From NCBI RefSeq assembly GCF_009834535.1, contig NC_045696.1, positions 4,094,001-4,158,000 on the forward strand: a stretch of 64,000 nucleotides of DNA, given 5' to 3'. This stretch comes from Camelus ferus (lineage: Eukaryota). The notes under the pieces were generated by a model that was not told the DNA's origin, searched no databases, and saw nothing but the letters and a program-made list of their open reading frames with translations. Position numbers and translations under genes: made by a program. Shown here piece by piece: positions 52,839 to 64,000 of the stretch; within the stretch, counting starts at the first letter, position 1, and the number at the start of each line of letters is the position of its first letter.

Positions 52839-53110
52839 CTTCCAGGCGCGGCTGCGGGCCCTTCTGGCCCTTGGCCTCAGCTCCCGGCGGACGGACCGGA
52901 GGGCGCCTCGCACGGTCTGGGCGGACGCCTGGCGACACGCCCTCCAGGCTGGGCCGCAGCAGGGAGGGCAGGCGCGGGTAGGGCAGGTGCGTAGGTGCGG
53001 GCGGGGCGGGGCGGGACAGGTGCGGGAGGGGCAGGGAGCTCAGGGTCTGCGGGATGCGCTCTCCAGTCTCCAGAGAGAAGGAGCGGGGTTTGCTTTGACG
53101 GGGAGGACGC
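52580..53110 (-). promoter_or_regulatory. FAM3B CpG-island promoter with tandem GC boxes
   Basis: CpG-dense region spanning exon 1, with GGGCGGGGCGGGGCGGG at 52999-53015 (Sp/KLF sites, G-quadruplex-capable). Confidence 0.8.
52820..52838 (-). CDS. FAM3B: FAM3B exon 1 coding part (19 nt): MRPGTA(G)
   Basis: GGAAGATGC start with A at -3 inside a CpG island, donor G|gtgagt, phase matches exon 2. Confidence 0.9.
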
Positions 53111-54194
53111 TGCCTCTTAACGTTTAGTGGCCCCAGGCCCCAATTTAATGTCTCACAAGGGGGATTGCCCAAGATACGCCTATCTCGAGCCTTTTAGATG
53201 TCAAAGCAGAGGCCCAGGGGAATGAATCCAGGTTTCAAGTCCAGGTCCCGGGGTCACGGTTATAAGGCGCTTGGCTTCCTCCAAAACTCCCTACCCACTG
53301 CAGTTTGCACAGCCCAGCAGGCGCTCTGCCTCTCATGTCCTCCTTTACTCTGGGAATTGATTAGGGAAAATAGGACAGGAACCATGTCCTGGGCCCCAAA
53401 GTCAGGGTCACAGGCCTGCAGGTCCTTGGGTTTATAGGAGGCCAGGCTTGCCAGGGTTAGAGTCAAGCAGGTTTCTGAAGAAAGCTCCCGGGATGTCCCG
53501 CCTGGGAAGAGGATCGGCTGCCCTCCTCCCGGCAGGGAGGCCTGCCTTCCCGGCATCCGTCTGGTTTTACAGCGCGTTGAACCTACTGCCATCAAAGTGG
53601 CCCCAGGCTCCCAAGAGCAAGTTAAGGCTCCACAGGCAGTTGGTCACTTTTGTGGAGAAGGAGTTCCAGGGAGGCAGCGTCTGCAAAAGACACAGTCCCC
53701 ACCTCCAGAGTGTGCTGGCTCCCACAGTCCTGTTCCCTAAAGAAGCCAGGGGCTCAACTGCCACCGCCCTCCACCACCATCTTTGCCTCCTGAGAAGCTC
53801 CAGTGTGGGGTCACCCAGGGAGCCGGGGACAAGTGTCCTGTGGACAGCGTGGCTTTTTATTCCAGGCCACCGCCTGCCCGCTGGCCTGCAGATCGGGGAA
53901 CAGAAGACAGGGGTCTCTGTTGGGACGCCCTCCTCAGGGCTCCAGGACGGCACCCAGCCCGAGCGAGGCACGTTTCGGCTCGGATGCCTCTCTGAGCATC
54001 TCTCCAGCGATGCTGGCAGGCTAGTCCCCAGCTCTCCTCAACACTGACACTAGACACACGAATCAGCTCATTGAAGGGGGTGTTGATTCCGCCCAAGAGC
54101 CGCACCTCTGTCTTTAGCTCACCTCACTTCAGAGATGGAGCGTTTATCTCTGGGTTCGCTTTCATTGAAAAAAAAAGTGGCAAAAAAGTGCATA

Positions 54195-55925
54195 ACATAA
54201 AATGTACCACCTTATACCAAATTTACAAAATTACATTTTAAGTGTACAGGTCAGTAAAGTTAAGTACGTTCACCTTGTTGCACAACAGAACGCCAGAACG
54301 GTTTCATCTTGCAAAACGAAAACTCTGTTCCTAGTAATCAGCACCTCCCCCTTCCCCCGACCCCCATCACCCGGCAGGCACCTGTCCTACTTTCTGCTTC
54401 CAGACTTTGACTACTTTAGATCCCTCATATAGTGGAATCATACAGTATTTGTCTTTTTATGACTGGCTTATTTCACTTAGAATAACGTCCTCAGGTGCAT
54501 CCACGTTGTAGCCTGTGACAGGATTTCAATCCTTTTTAAGGATGAAGGAGTATTCCATTATATGTATAGACCAGTAGCCTGTTTATCCAGTCATCCCTTG
54601 ATGAACACTTGGGCTGTTCCCACCACTTAGCCATTGTGAATAATGCTACTGTGAACGTGGGTGTGCAAATATCTCTTCGAGATCCTGTTTCCAGCTCTTC
54701 GGGGCATACAGCAGAAGTGGAATTGCTGGATCATCGGGTAATTCTACTTTGAATTGTTTGAGGAATCACCATGCTATTTTCCTACAGTGGCTGCATCATT
54801 TTACACTCCTAATAGTAGTGCATAAGTGTTCCAGTTTCTCCATATCCTCACAATGCATTACTTTGTTTGTTTTTTTGTTTTGCTTTGCTTCTAATTTAGA
54901 GCAGGAATCCTAAAGGACGTGAGGTGATATCTCGCTGTGATCTTGTTTGCATTTCTCTAAGGAACAGTGACGGTGAGCATCTTCTCATGTGCTCATTCGT
55001 CGTTTGTGTAGCATCTTCAGAGAAATGTCTATTTAGGCCTTTGGCCATTTATAAATCTGGCTGTTTCTGTTGTTGTTGAATTGCAGGAGTTCTTTATATA
55101 TTCTGGATATTAACTCCTTATCAGATATATGGTTTATAAACATCTCCCCACATGCCCTAATTTTCACCATGCTGTGTCCTTGAATGCACAGAAGTTTCTG
55201 TATGATCCAGTTTTTGTTTGATTTATCTGTTTCTGCTTTTGCTGCCTGTGCTTTTGGTGTCATAGCCAATAAATGGTTACCAAATCCAATGTCATGACGC
55301 TTTTATACTACGTTTTCTTCTAGAAGTTTGAGGTCTTTAACTCATTTTGAGTTAATTTTTTGGTCCGTGGCATTAGGTAAAGGTCCAATGTCATTCTTTT
55401 GTATGTGGATATTCAGTTTTCTCAACACCATTTGTTGAAGAGACTGTCATTTCTCCATCAAATGGTTTCAGCACCCTTGTGAAAAAAATCCTTATTTTTA
55501 TCAAAGATAACTTGACCATATATTCGAGGAATTCTTTAGGAGCTCCCTAGTCTATTCCAGTGGCTGACATGTCCGTCTTTATGCCAGTGCCACACTTTTC
55601 TGATTACTGCAGCTTTATAATTGAGTTTTGAAGCCAGGAAGTGTGAGCCTCCAACTTTGTTCTTCTTTTTCAAGATTGTTTTCGCTATTCAGAGTCCTCT
55701 CAGGTTCCATATGAACTTCAGGATGGACTTTTCTATTTCTGCAAAAAAAAACCCATGATATTTGCTAGGAATTGCACTGAACCTGCAGATTGCTTTGGGT
55801 AGTACCGGTGACTTCACGATACTGCAGTTTCAGATCTCTCACCCCTGGATGTCTTTTAATTTATTTGCACCTTCCTTCGTTTCTTTCAGTAGTTTTGTCG
55901 TTTTCAGTGCCTCCTTGGTTAGGTT
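54195..55925 (-). mobile_element. Old L1 (3' UTR and decayed ORF2)
   Basis: Antisense L1 motifs; remnant [20 protein letters not shown] (55033-55269). Confidence 0.85.
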
Positions 55926-57371
55926 GGGATTTGCTTTCATTTTGCTTTAATCCTCCTACATCCAGAACCCACTCCCTATTTTCACACGGTCCCTAAGAAA
56001 CCTCCTCAGGTTCTCCTTAGCAGCTTCCCTGGCCTGTAAAACACGACAGAGGTTCCATTTCTGGGGATCTATGCTAAGGGGTTTTTCAAAAGAGGAAATG
56101 CACACTCAACAGTGAAAAAATGCACACAAATGTACACTCAACAGTGAAAAAGGCAAAGAAATCTATGAGGGCAACAAAAGCCAGAAGGACATTTAAATAC
56201 AAATAAATTCCTAGAAGTGAATTACTAGACCAAAGGGTACATGAATTCTGAATTCCAACAGATGTTCCCCACAGCTCTCCAGAGAAGTTATACCAGGTTA
56301 CATGCCTGCTGGCAGCGTATGAGAATATTTGTCCATACCCTTCCCAAAGTATTGTATTATCCAACTTTTTGATCTATACTATCCTGTTGTGGAAAAAAAA
56401 AAGCTTAGTATTGTTCTAATTGGTTCTCTCATTAAAGCGATCGCCTCAGCACACTTCCATAGGCTTAAAAGCCATTCGTGGTTTGTGCATACATCTTTTC
56501 CTGGGAACTGTCTCATCACATACATCGCCCATTTTTCTAATGAGTTGTTAGCATTTTTCTGGTTATAGCGGCTTTGAGACCTAATTTGTGGACTAGATAA
56601 TACATTGGTGTAGTTCAAATTTTACGAGTATACAAAGAGATGGATGGTGATAAATCTCCTGACCCCTGCATCTGTTTACCCAATAGAAAACCCAGGTTAT
56701 CACTTTCTTGGGTGTCCTTCCGGAATTTCTTTGTACACATCCAGCTACAGCCAGGATGGGCCACGTGGCCCGGCTCCCTGCAATAGCCGTTTCTTTTCTG
56801 CCTCTGTCAGGGCTCACACACAGTGAGGGAACTTCTCACACAGGACGTTTCGTTTATGTGAAACAAGACGATAAACCCCTAGAAGAGGAACTGCTCGGCT
56901 TATTTATTCAGAATCCAGAGATTTTGCCAAAACAGACCCAGAAGTATGTTGTGCTCATTGACACCCCCCCTCCCCGCCGCCTCGCCACCGCCCGGCGAAG
57001 TTTGTGCACGCTTATTTCAAGGATAATTTTTACTACTTGGTTTTCACCTTCCTTCCTTCCTTACTTAGGAAAAGTACCGCCACTGAAGGAGCGACTCCCT
57101 CTGAAACACACTCCACTGCAAAGCAACCAAAAAAGCAGGACTCTTGCAAATATGAATGTAGTATGAATTCCCCCGCCCATGTTTTACACAGGAGGACTTC
57201 TACTATACACATTGTTGTATAATTACTAAATTGTGTACTTTAGCTTTTCATAACTCCATATTAATTAGTTCCTTGCCGTAGGCAATAAAAAATCTTTTTC
57301 CCTATTTGTCTTTACTTTGAGTGTGGAATTCCATCCCCACCCCAGGCAGTTTAAAAAATAATCTGATTTTC

Positions 57372-57458
57372 TTTCTTTCTTTTTTTTTTTTTAAAGTAGA
57401 GGTACTGGGGATTGACCCAGGACCTCGTGCATGCTAAATATGAGCTCTGCCTTCCCCC
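57372..57458 (-). mobile_element. Truncated Vic-1-like SINE
   Basis: gaggtactggggattgacccaggacctcgtgcatgctaaa, with a T-tail and flanking ctgattttcttt duplication. Confidence 0.75.
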
Positions 57459-58769
57459 TGATTTTCTTTTTACAGCTTCTGAGTTTTGTTTTGCTTAGAA
57501 CAGCCTTGATCTCTTTCCCCATACTTTCTTATTTTTTAATTAAAATATTTGTTCCATCTATATTAAATGTTGATGGAAATCCAAACTTACTTTCCCCCAG
57601 CTGGCCAGCCAGTGGTCCACCGTTTGTTGAATGATCGTCTTCCTCCTCCATTGGTTTGAGACGCCCGCTCATTATTTAAAGTTTCGTATGTACTTAAGAT
57701 GATGTCTGGACTTCATAGTCTGTTCTCTCAGCCTTATTTCCTTCTGCTTAGGTACTTCCTAGTGACTTTTCCATGTTTACTTTCCACTTGAACTTTGGAT
57801 TCAGCTGACTGTTCACGACAGCTCCTGCTCTGTGGCCATGGCGCCGGCACTGCGGGACACACTCTGCTCTGAAGGTTGTGCTGGGAAATCTTTTTCAGCC
57901 TGCACTGCAGCCTAAAGGGAAGGTATCTGAACCATCTTACAAATGGCTTAGCCCTCAGAATGGCAAAGTGAAACATCAAATGTCACACATTTCATCAGTT
58001 AGAGATTCTAAAGGTTTCCAAGTGGCTCCACACTGAGTCTCTGTGAATGTAACTCCTTGCTTAAATCACAGCAATAGGACCGCTCCAGGGCCTCCTGATG
58101 GCAGTATTTTAATAGTCAGGAGCCCTGCGTTCTGTCTACGTGTGCCCCATGAATGACCTGGCCTCCTAAGGTTAATTTTCCATCTCAAAAATCTGCAGCA
58201 CATAAAATGTTAAGACTCAAAATTTTTTTTTACATAATTAGATTTAACTTCTTAACAATTCAACCATTTTCCTTATTTATCATTACAGCTGGGGACTAAA
58301 TGTGTCGAAATGCCCAGCAGTTTCTGGAAACTAACTTCTCTTCTTCTCCTGCCAGTGTGAGACCTCAGCAGCATGTCTCCTGAACGTCACTCCCCCTTTC
58401 TCTTTATGTGTTTGCTCTGCGTGTAGCTTTTTGCCTCCCCCCGCCCCGTTCACTAACTGTATGTTCAGCTCTGTCTAATCTGCTGTAAAATCTGTTCCTT
58501 GAGTTTGCTATTGTTGTTGCTGTGTATTTTTTATTTCTGTAAGTTTTACTTGGTTCTTTTTCAAAACTGTTATATTACTTTTTACAGAATTCTGTTTCCT
58601 AAAGAGCAGAGGACGGTTGCAACCGCTCCTTAATGTCGTGGGACCAAAACATACTAGGTGTCTTTTTTTTTTTCAATTCACACAAAAATTTTAGAGCAGT
58701 TTTGGTTCACAGAAAAATTGAGGGGAAGATGCGGACATTTTGTCAGCTTCCCCCCTCATCAGTATCCCC

Positions 58770-60980
58770 ACCAGACTGCTGTCTATGAGTCTATTTTTTT
58801 TAGTAAGTTCATTTCTATTCTTTTTTTTAGATTCCACATATAAGTGATATTATATGATATTTGTCTTTCTCTGTCTGACTTACTTCACTTAGTATGAAAA
58901 TCTCTAGGACCATCCATGTTGCTGCAAGTGGCATTATTTCATTCTTTTTTATGGTTGACTAATATTCCATTGTATATACACACCACATCTTCTTTATCCA
59001 GTCATCTGTTGATGGACATTTAGGTTGCTTCCATGTCTTGGCTACTATAAATAATGCTGCTGTGAATATTGGGGTGCAGGTGTCTTTTTAAATTAGTTTT
59101 CATCTTTTCTGGATATATGCCAAGGAGTGGGATTGCTAGATCTTATGCTAACTCTATTTTTAATTTTTAAAGGATCTTCCATGCTGTTCTCTATAGTGGC
59201 TGCACCAATTTACATGCCTACCGAGAGTGCAAGAGGGTTCCCTTTTCTCCACACCCTCTCCAGCATTTATTATTTGTAGACTTTTTGATGATGGTTATTC
59301 TGACCTGTGTGAGGTGATACGTCATTGTAGTTTTGATTTGCATTTCTTTAACAGTTAGTGATGCTGAGGATCTTTTTATGTACCTGTTGGCCTTCTGTAT
59401 GTCTTCTTTGGAGAAATGTCTATTTAGGTCTTCTGCTCATTTTTGATTAGGTTGCTTTTTTTTAATTTATATTAAGCTGTATGAGCTGTTTGTATATTTT
59501 GGAAATTAATCCCTTGTTGGTCGCTTCATTATAAATATTTTCCCCCTTCCAGTTTGTCTTTTTATTTTGTTTATGGTTTCTTTTGCTGTGCAAAAGCTTT
59601 TAAGTGTAATTAGGTCCCATTTGTTTATTTTTGCTTTTATTTCCATTACTCTAGGAGACAGATCCAAAAAAATATTGCTGCACTTTATGTCAAAGAGTGT
59701 TCTGCCTATGTTTTCCTGTAGGAGTTTTTATAGTATTGTTACTGAGTCCAAACTCGTTCTGCTCGCCACACGACAGGCCAATAAATCGGGAGACGAGGTG
59801 GTGGGGCAAGGAATAGCGACTTTATTCAGACAGCCGGCAGACCGCGAGGATGGCAGACTAATGTCCTGGAGAGCCATCCTCCCCAAGTCAGAATACAGGC
59901 TCCTTTTATACAAAAAACAGGGGAGGGGGAGTGGTTGATTGTTGCAAACTTCTTGGTGTAGGAGCTCTTCGTTCCTGCAGCTGTCCGCGTGGGCCAGCTC
60001 ACGGCGCTCCTGCAAAACCTCCAACAAAACAAATGCTATTCTCTGTTCTGCAACTTGTTATCTTTACGTAAGTGCAGAGCTGGCAAGACTGAGCCCAGAA
60101 AACAGGGCACAGGGTTAAAGGCAAAGGAACAGATCTCATATGGAGTCAGATTTGTTCTTGTCTATTACAGTATCTGGCCTTAGATTTAGGTCTTTAATCC
60201 ATTTTGAGTTTATTTTTGTATATGATGTTACAGAATGTTCTAATTTCATTCTTTTACAGGTAGCTGTCCGCTTTTCCCAGCACCACTTATTAAAGAGACT
60301 GTCTTTTCTCCATTGCATGTTCTTGCCTCCTTTGTCGTAGGTTAATTGACCATAAGTGCCTGGGCTTATTTCTGGGCTCTCTATCCTCTTCCATTGATCT
60401 CTGTGCTTGTTTTTGTGCCAATCCTGTACTGTACCACTTGGATTACTGTAGTTTTTATAGTATAGACTGACGCCAGGGAGCATTCCTCCAGCTCTGTTCT
60501 TCTTTCTCAAGATTGTTTTGGCTATTTGGGTCTTTTGTGTTTCTAAATAAATTTTAAAATTATTTGTTCTAGTTCTGTGGGAAATGCCATTAGTGATTTG
60601 ATAGGGATTACCTTGAATCTGTAGACTGCCTTGGGCAGTGTGCTTGTTTTAACAATATTGATTCTTCCAATCCAAGAACACAGTATATATTTCCATGTTT
60701 GTGTTTTCAGTTTCTTTTATCAGCATCTTATAGTTTTAGGTCTACAGGTCCTTTGCCTACTTAGGTAGGTTTATTCCTAGGTATTTTATTCTTTTTGATG
60801 CAGTGGTAAATGGGATTGTTTCCTTAATTTCTCTTGCTGCTATTTGGCTGTTAGTGTATAAAAATGTGACAGATTTCTGTATATTAATTGTGTGTCCTGC
60901 AACTTTACCAAATGCATTGATGAGCTCTAGTAGTTTTCTGGTGGCGTCTTTAGGGTTTTCTATATATAGCGTCATGTCAT
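58770..60980 (-). mobile_element. L1 (younger subfamily) 3' part, interrupted by an LTR
   Basis: ORF2 remnants YGQLTYDKGGKNMQWRKDSLFNKWCW and MTLYIENPKDATRKLLELINAFGKVAG. Confidence 0.9.
59737..60169 (-). mobile_element. ERV1 solo LTR, 433 bp
   Basis: TGTTA...TTACA termini, 4-bp TSD GTAT (59733-59736 and 60170-60173), minus-strand TATA (~59904) and AATAAA (~59821). Confidence 0.85.
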
Positions 60981-60981
60981 C

Positions 60982-63510
60982 TGTTCTTGCTGCTGAGCTT
61001 TAAGTCTTTGCATATTTTGGATAACAGTCCTTTATCAGATTACTAAAGGTCTATGACTTGTCTTATTATTCTCTAGACATTGCCTTTTGCAGAGTAGATT
61101 TATTTAATTTTGATGAAGTCCAGCTTAACAATTATTTCTTTCATGGAAGGTGCCTTTGGCGTTGCATCTAAAAAGGCATCACCATACCCAAGGCCATGTA
61201 GGGTTTCTCCTATGTTACCTTCTAGGAGTTTTATAGTTTTGAGTTAATTTTTGTAAAGAGTGTAAAGTTTGTATCTGGATTCATTTTCTTTTTTGCAGGT
61301 GAATGTCCAGTTGTTTCAGCAGCTCTTGTTGAAGAGACTGTCTTTGCTCCATTGTACTGCCTTTGCTCCTTTGTCAAAGGTCAGTTAACTATACTCAGGC
61401 AGGTCTGTTTCTGAGCTCTCTCTTCTGTTCCACTGATCTGTGTGTTTTTTTCTTTCAGCACTATCACACTGCCTCCACTGCTGTAGTCTTACAGTAAGTA
61501 TTGAAGTTGAGCAGTGACAGTCCTCCAACTTTGTTCTTTTCCCTGAGTATTGTGTTGGCTATTCTGGGTCTTTTGCTTCCACAAAATAAGGGTTTTGGAC
61601 GGAACTGCACTGAATCTATAGATTAAGTTGGAAAGAAGTGATGTCTTTCTGTCTACAAACATAGAATATCTCTTCATTTATTTAGTTTTCTTTGATTTTC
61701 TTCATCAGAGTTCTATAGTTTTTCTCATATAAATGTTGTACATATTTTGTTAGATTTCTACTGAAGTATTTCATTTTGGGGTGCTAATTAAATGGTATTG
61801 TGTTCTTAATTTCAAATTCCACTCGTTCGTTGCTGATATATAGAAAAATAATGGACTTTCACATCAGGTTAATAAACTTTGTATCATGCAACCTTGCTAT
61901 AAACACTTAGTCCCAGGAGTGTTTTTTAATTGATTCTTTTGGATTTTCTATACAGATGATCATATTATCTGCGAACAAAGACAGTTTTATTTCTTCCTTC
62001 CCAATCTGTAAGCCTTTGATTTCTTTTTCTTGGCTTACTGAATAGCTAGAAAGTTCAGTATAGGAGTAGTGAGAGGGACCCCCTTGCCTCGTACTTGATC
62101 TCGGTGGAAAAGCCTTGATTTCTCACCGTTAAGTACAATGTTGGCTGCAGGGTTTTTGCAGATAGTCTTTATCAAGTTGTGCCCATTCCTCTCTATTCCT
62201 AGTTCACTGAAAGTGTTAATCATGAACTCTGTTGTGTGTGCACTGGATTTTGTCAAATGCTTTTTCTGCATCTACTGATGTGGCCGTGTGATTTTTCTTT
62301 TTTAGCCTGTTCATGTGATGGCTTACATTAATTGATGTTTGAATATTAACTCAGCCCTGCATAGCTAAGATGAAGCCCACTTGGTTGTGGAGTACAACTC
62401 TTTCTATGCATTGTTGGATTCTATTTACTAATGTTTTGTTGAACATTTTTGCATTTATATTCATGAGAGATATTGGTCTGTAGTTTTCTTTCCTTGTAAT
62501 GTCTTTGTCTGGTTTTGGAAATAGAGTAATGATAGTCTTACAGAATGGGTTAGGAAGTATTTCCTCTATTTCCACCTTTGAAAGAGTGTAGAGAATTTTT
62601 ATAATTTATTCCTTAAATGTTTGACGGAATTCACCAATGAACCCATTTGGGCCTGGAGCTTTCTGTTTGGGAAGGTTATTAATGATTGATTCAATTTCTT
62701 TAATGAATAAAGCCCTATTCAAACTGTCTATTTTTTCATGGGTAAGTTTTGGCAAATGTGTCTTTTAAGGAATTGGTCCATTTTATCTAGATTATAAAAT
62801 CTGTGGGCATAGAGTCAGTCATAGTATTCCATTATTATCCTTTTAATGTCTGTGGGATCTGTAGTGGTGGCCTCAGTTTCATTTCTGATTATTGGTAATT
62901 CGTGTCCTCTCCTGTTTTTTAATTAGTTAGCCTGGCTAGAGGCTTAGAGATTTGGTAATCTTTTCAAGGAACCAATTTTTGGTTTTATTGACTTTCTCTG
63001 TTGATTTCCTGTTTGCTATTTCATTGATTTCTGCTCTAACCCTTCATTATTTCTTTCCTTCTACTTACTTTGAACTTTTTCTAGTTTCCTGAGGTAGAAA
63101 CTTAGATTATTAACTTTAGATCTTTCTTCTTTTCTAACATATGCATTCAATGCTACACATGTTCCCTAAGCACTGTGTTGGCTGTATTACACAAATTCGG
63201 ATAAGTTGTGTTTTCATTTTCATTTGCTGCAAAATATTTTAAAATTTCTCTTGAGAATCCTTCTTCAACCCATGTGTTACTTAGAAGTATGTTGTTTAAC
63301 TTCCATGTATTTTTGGATTTTCCAGTTATTTTTCTGTAACTGATTTCTAGTTTAATTCCATTGTGGTCTGACAACAGATATTGTACAATTTCTGTTATTT
63401 TGAATTTGTTAAAGTGTATTTTATTGTCCGGAATGTGGTCTATCTTGGTGAATGTTTCACGTGAGCTTGAGAAGAATGCGTATTCTGCTGTTGTTTCCAA
63501 TGAAGTTAAC
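60982..63510 (-). mobile_element. Older L1, decayed ORF2 (endonuclease and RT remnants)
   Basis: ITLFPKPDKDITRKENYRPISLMNINAK (62351-62575) and ETFTKIDHI...SDHNGIKLEI (63153-63575). Confidence 0.9.
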
Positions 63511-64000
63511 ACATACTTGGCATGTGCAGCAACTCCACCCCTGAGACTAGCCCCTGGAAAACAAACCACATGCATTTAAGTTCTTAGTATCCACAGAAGA
63601 TTGCAGCCAAAACCAAGATACAAGCCAAAACCTATCAACAGGAGAACAGTTAAGCAGTTTGTGGTATAATCACAGGATAGAATATTATTCAGTGATTTTA
63701 AAAAAAAAAAAGAATGTATTGCTGATAAATGCAACAACATGGCTAACTCTCAAAACCAATCTGCATACTGATTACATTTAAATGAAGATCAAGAGGAGAT
63801 AAAACTAATCCGTGATGACAGAAGATAGACTAGTGTTTTCCTCTGAGCACAGGGGTGGGAAGATACTCAGTGGGAAAGGGCACGGGGAAGCTTATTGGTA
63901 CGATGGAGAAGTTCTTTATCTCTGTCTGAGCGGCTGAGTACACGAGAATGCTATATAAAAAGTTATAGAGCTAAATGTGTATTCCACTGCATATATATCA

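Noticed and set aside
60982..63575. RT/endonuclease ORFs as an active retroelement
   Set aside because: Fragmented by stops and frameshifts; a decayed L1.
53200..64000. BACE2 exons expected upstream of FAM3B
   Set aside because: No aspartyl-protease-like exon was recognised; the region is mostly L1.

Overview
Mammalian genomic DNA, probably from a camelid (inferred from several Vic-1-like tRNA-derived SINEs), corresponding to the FAM3B-MX2 interval of the BACE2-FAM3B-MX2-MX1 cluster. Both genes are on the minus strand. FAM3B (PANDER) is complete: 8 coding exons (19+144+124+59+51+88+133+90 = 708 nt, 235 aa), all GT-AG introns, with a CpG-island/GC-box promoter near 52.6-53.1 kb. Only the 5' part of MX2 (interferon-induced dynamin-like GTPase) is in the window: an ISRE+TATA promoter with a short non-coding exon 1 (~10.5 kb), the first coding exon (1888-2191) and the G1/P-loop exon (1078-1271). 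The main finding is that both visible MX2 coding exons carry a +1 frameshift (250 nt and 194 nt, against the recalled 249 and 193), giving an early stop, while the promoter and G1 motif look intact. This suggests a recent MX2 inactivation, although assembly error is not excluded. The rest is introns and repeats (L1, ERV1/MaLR LTRs, MER DNA transposons, SINEs, a G-rich minisatellite). Almost all ORFs in the supplied track are spurious. Repeat family names and orthologue comparisons come from recall, not database searches, and repeat boundaries are approximate.
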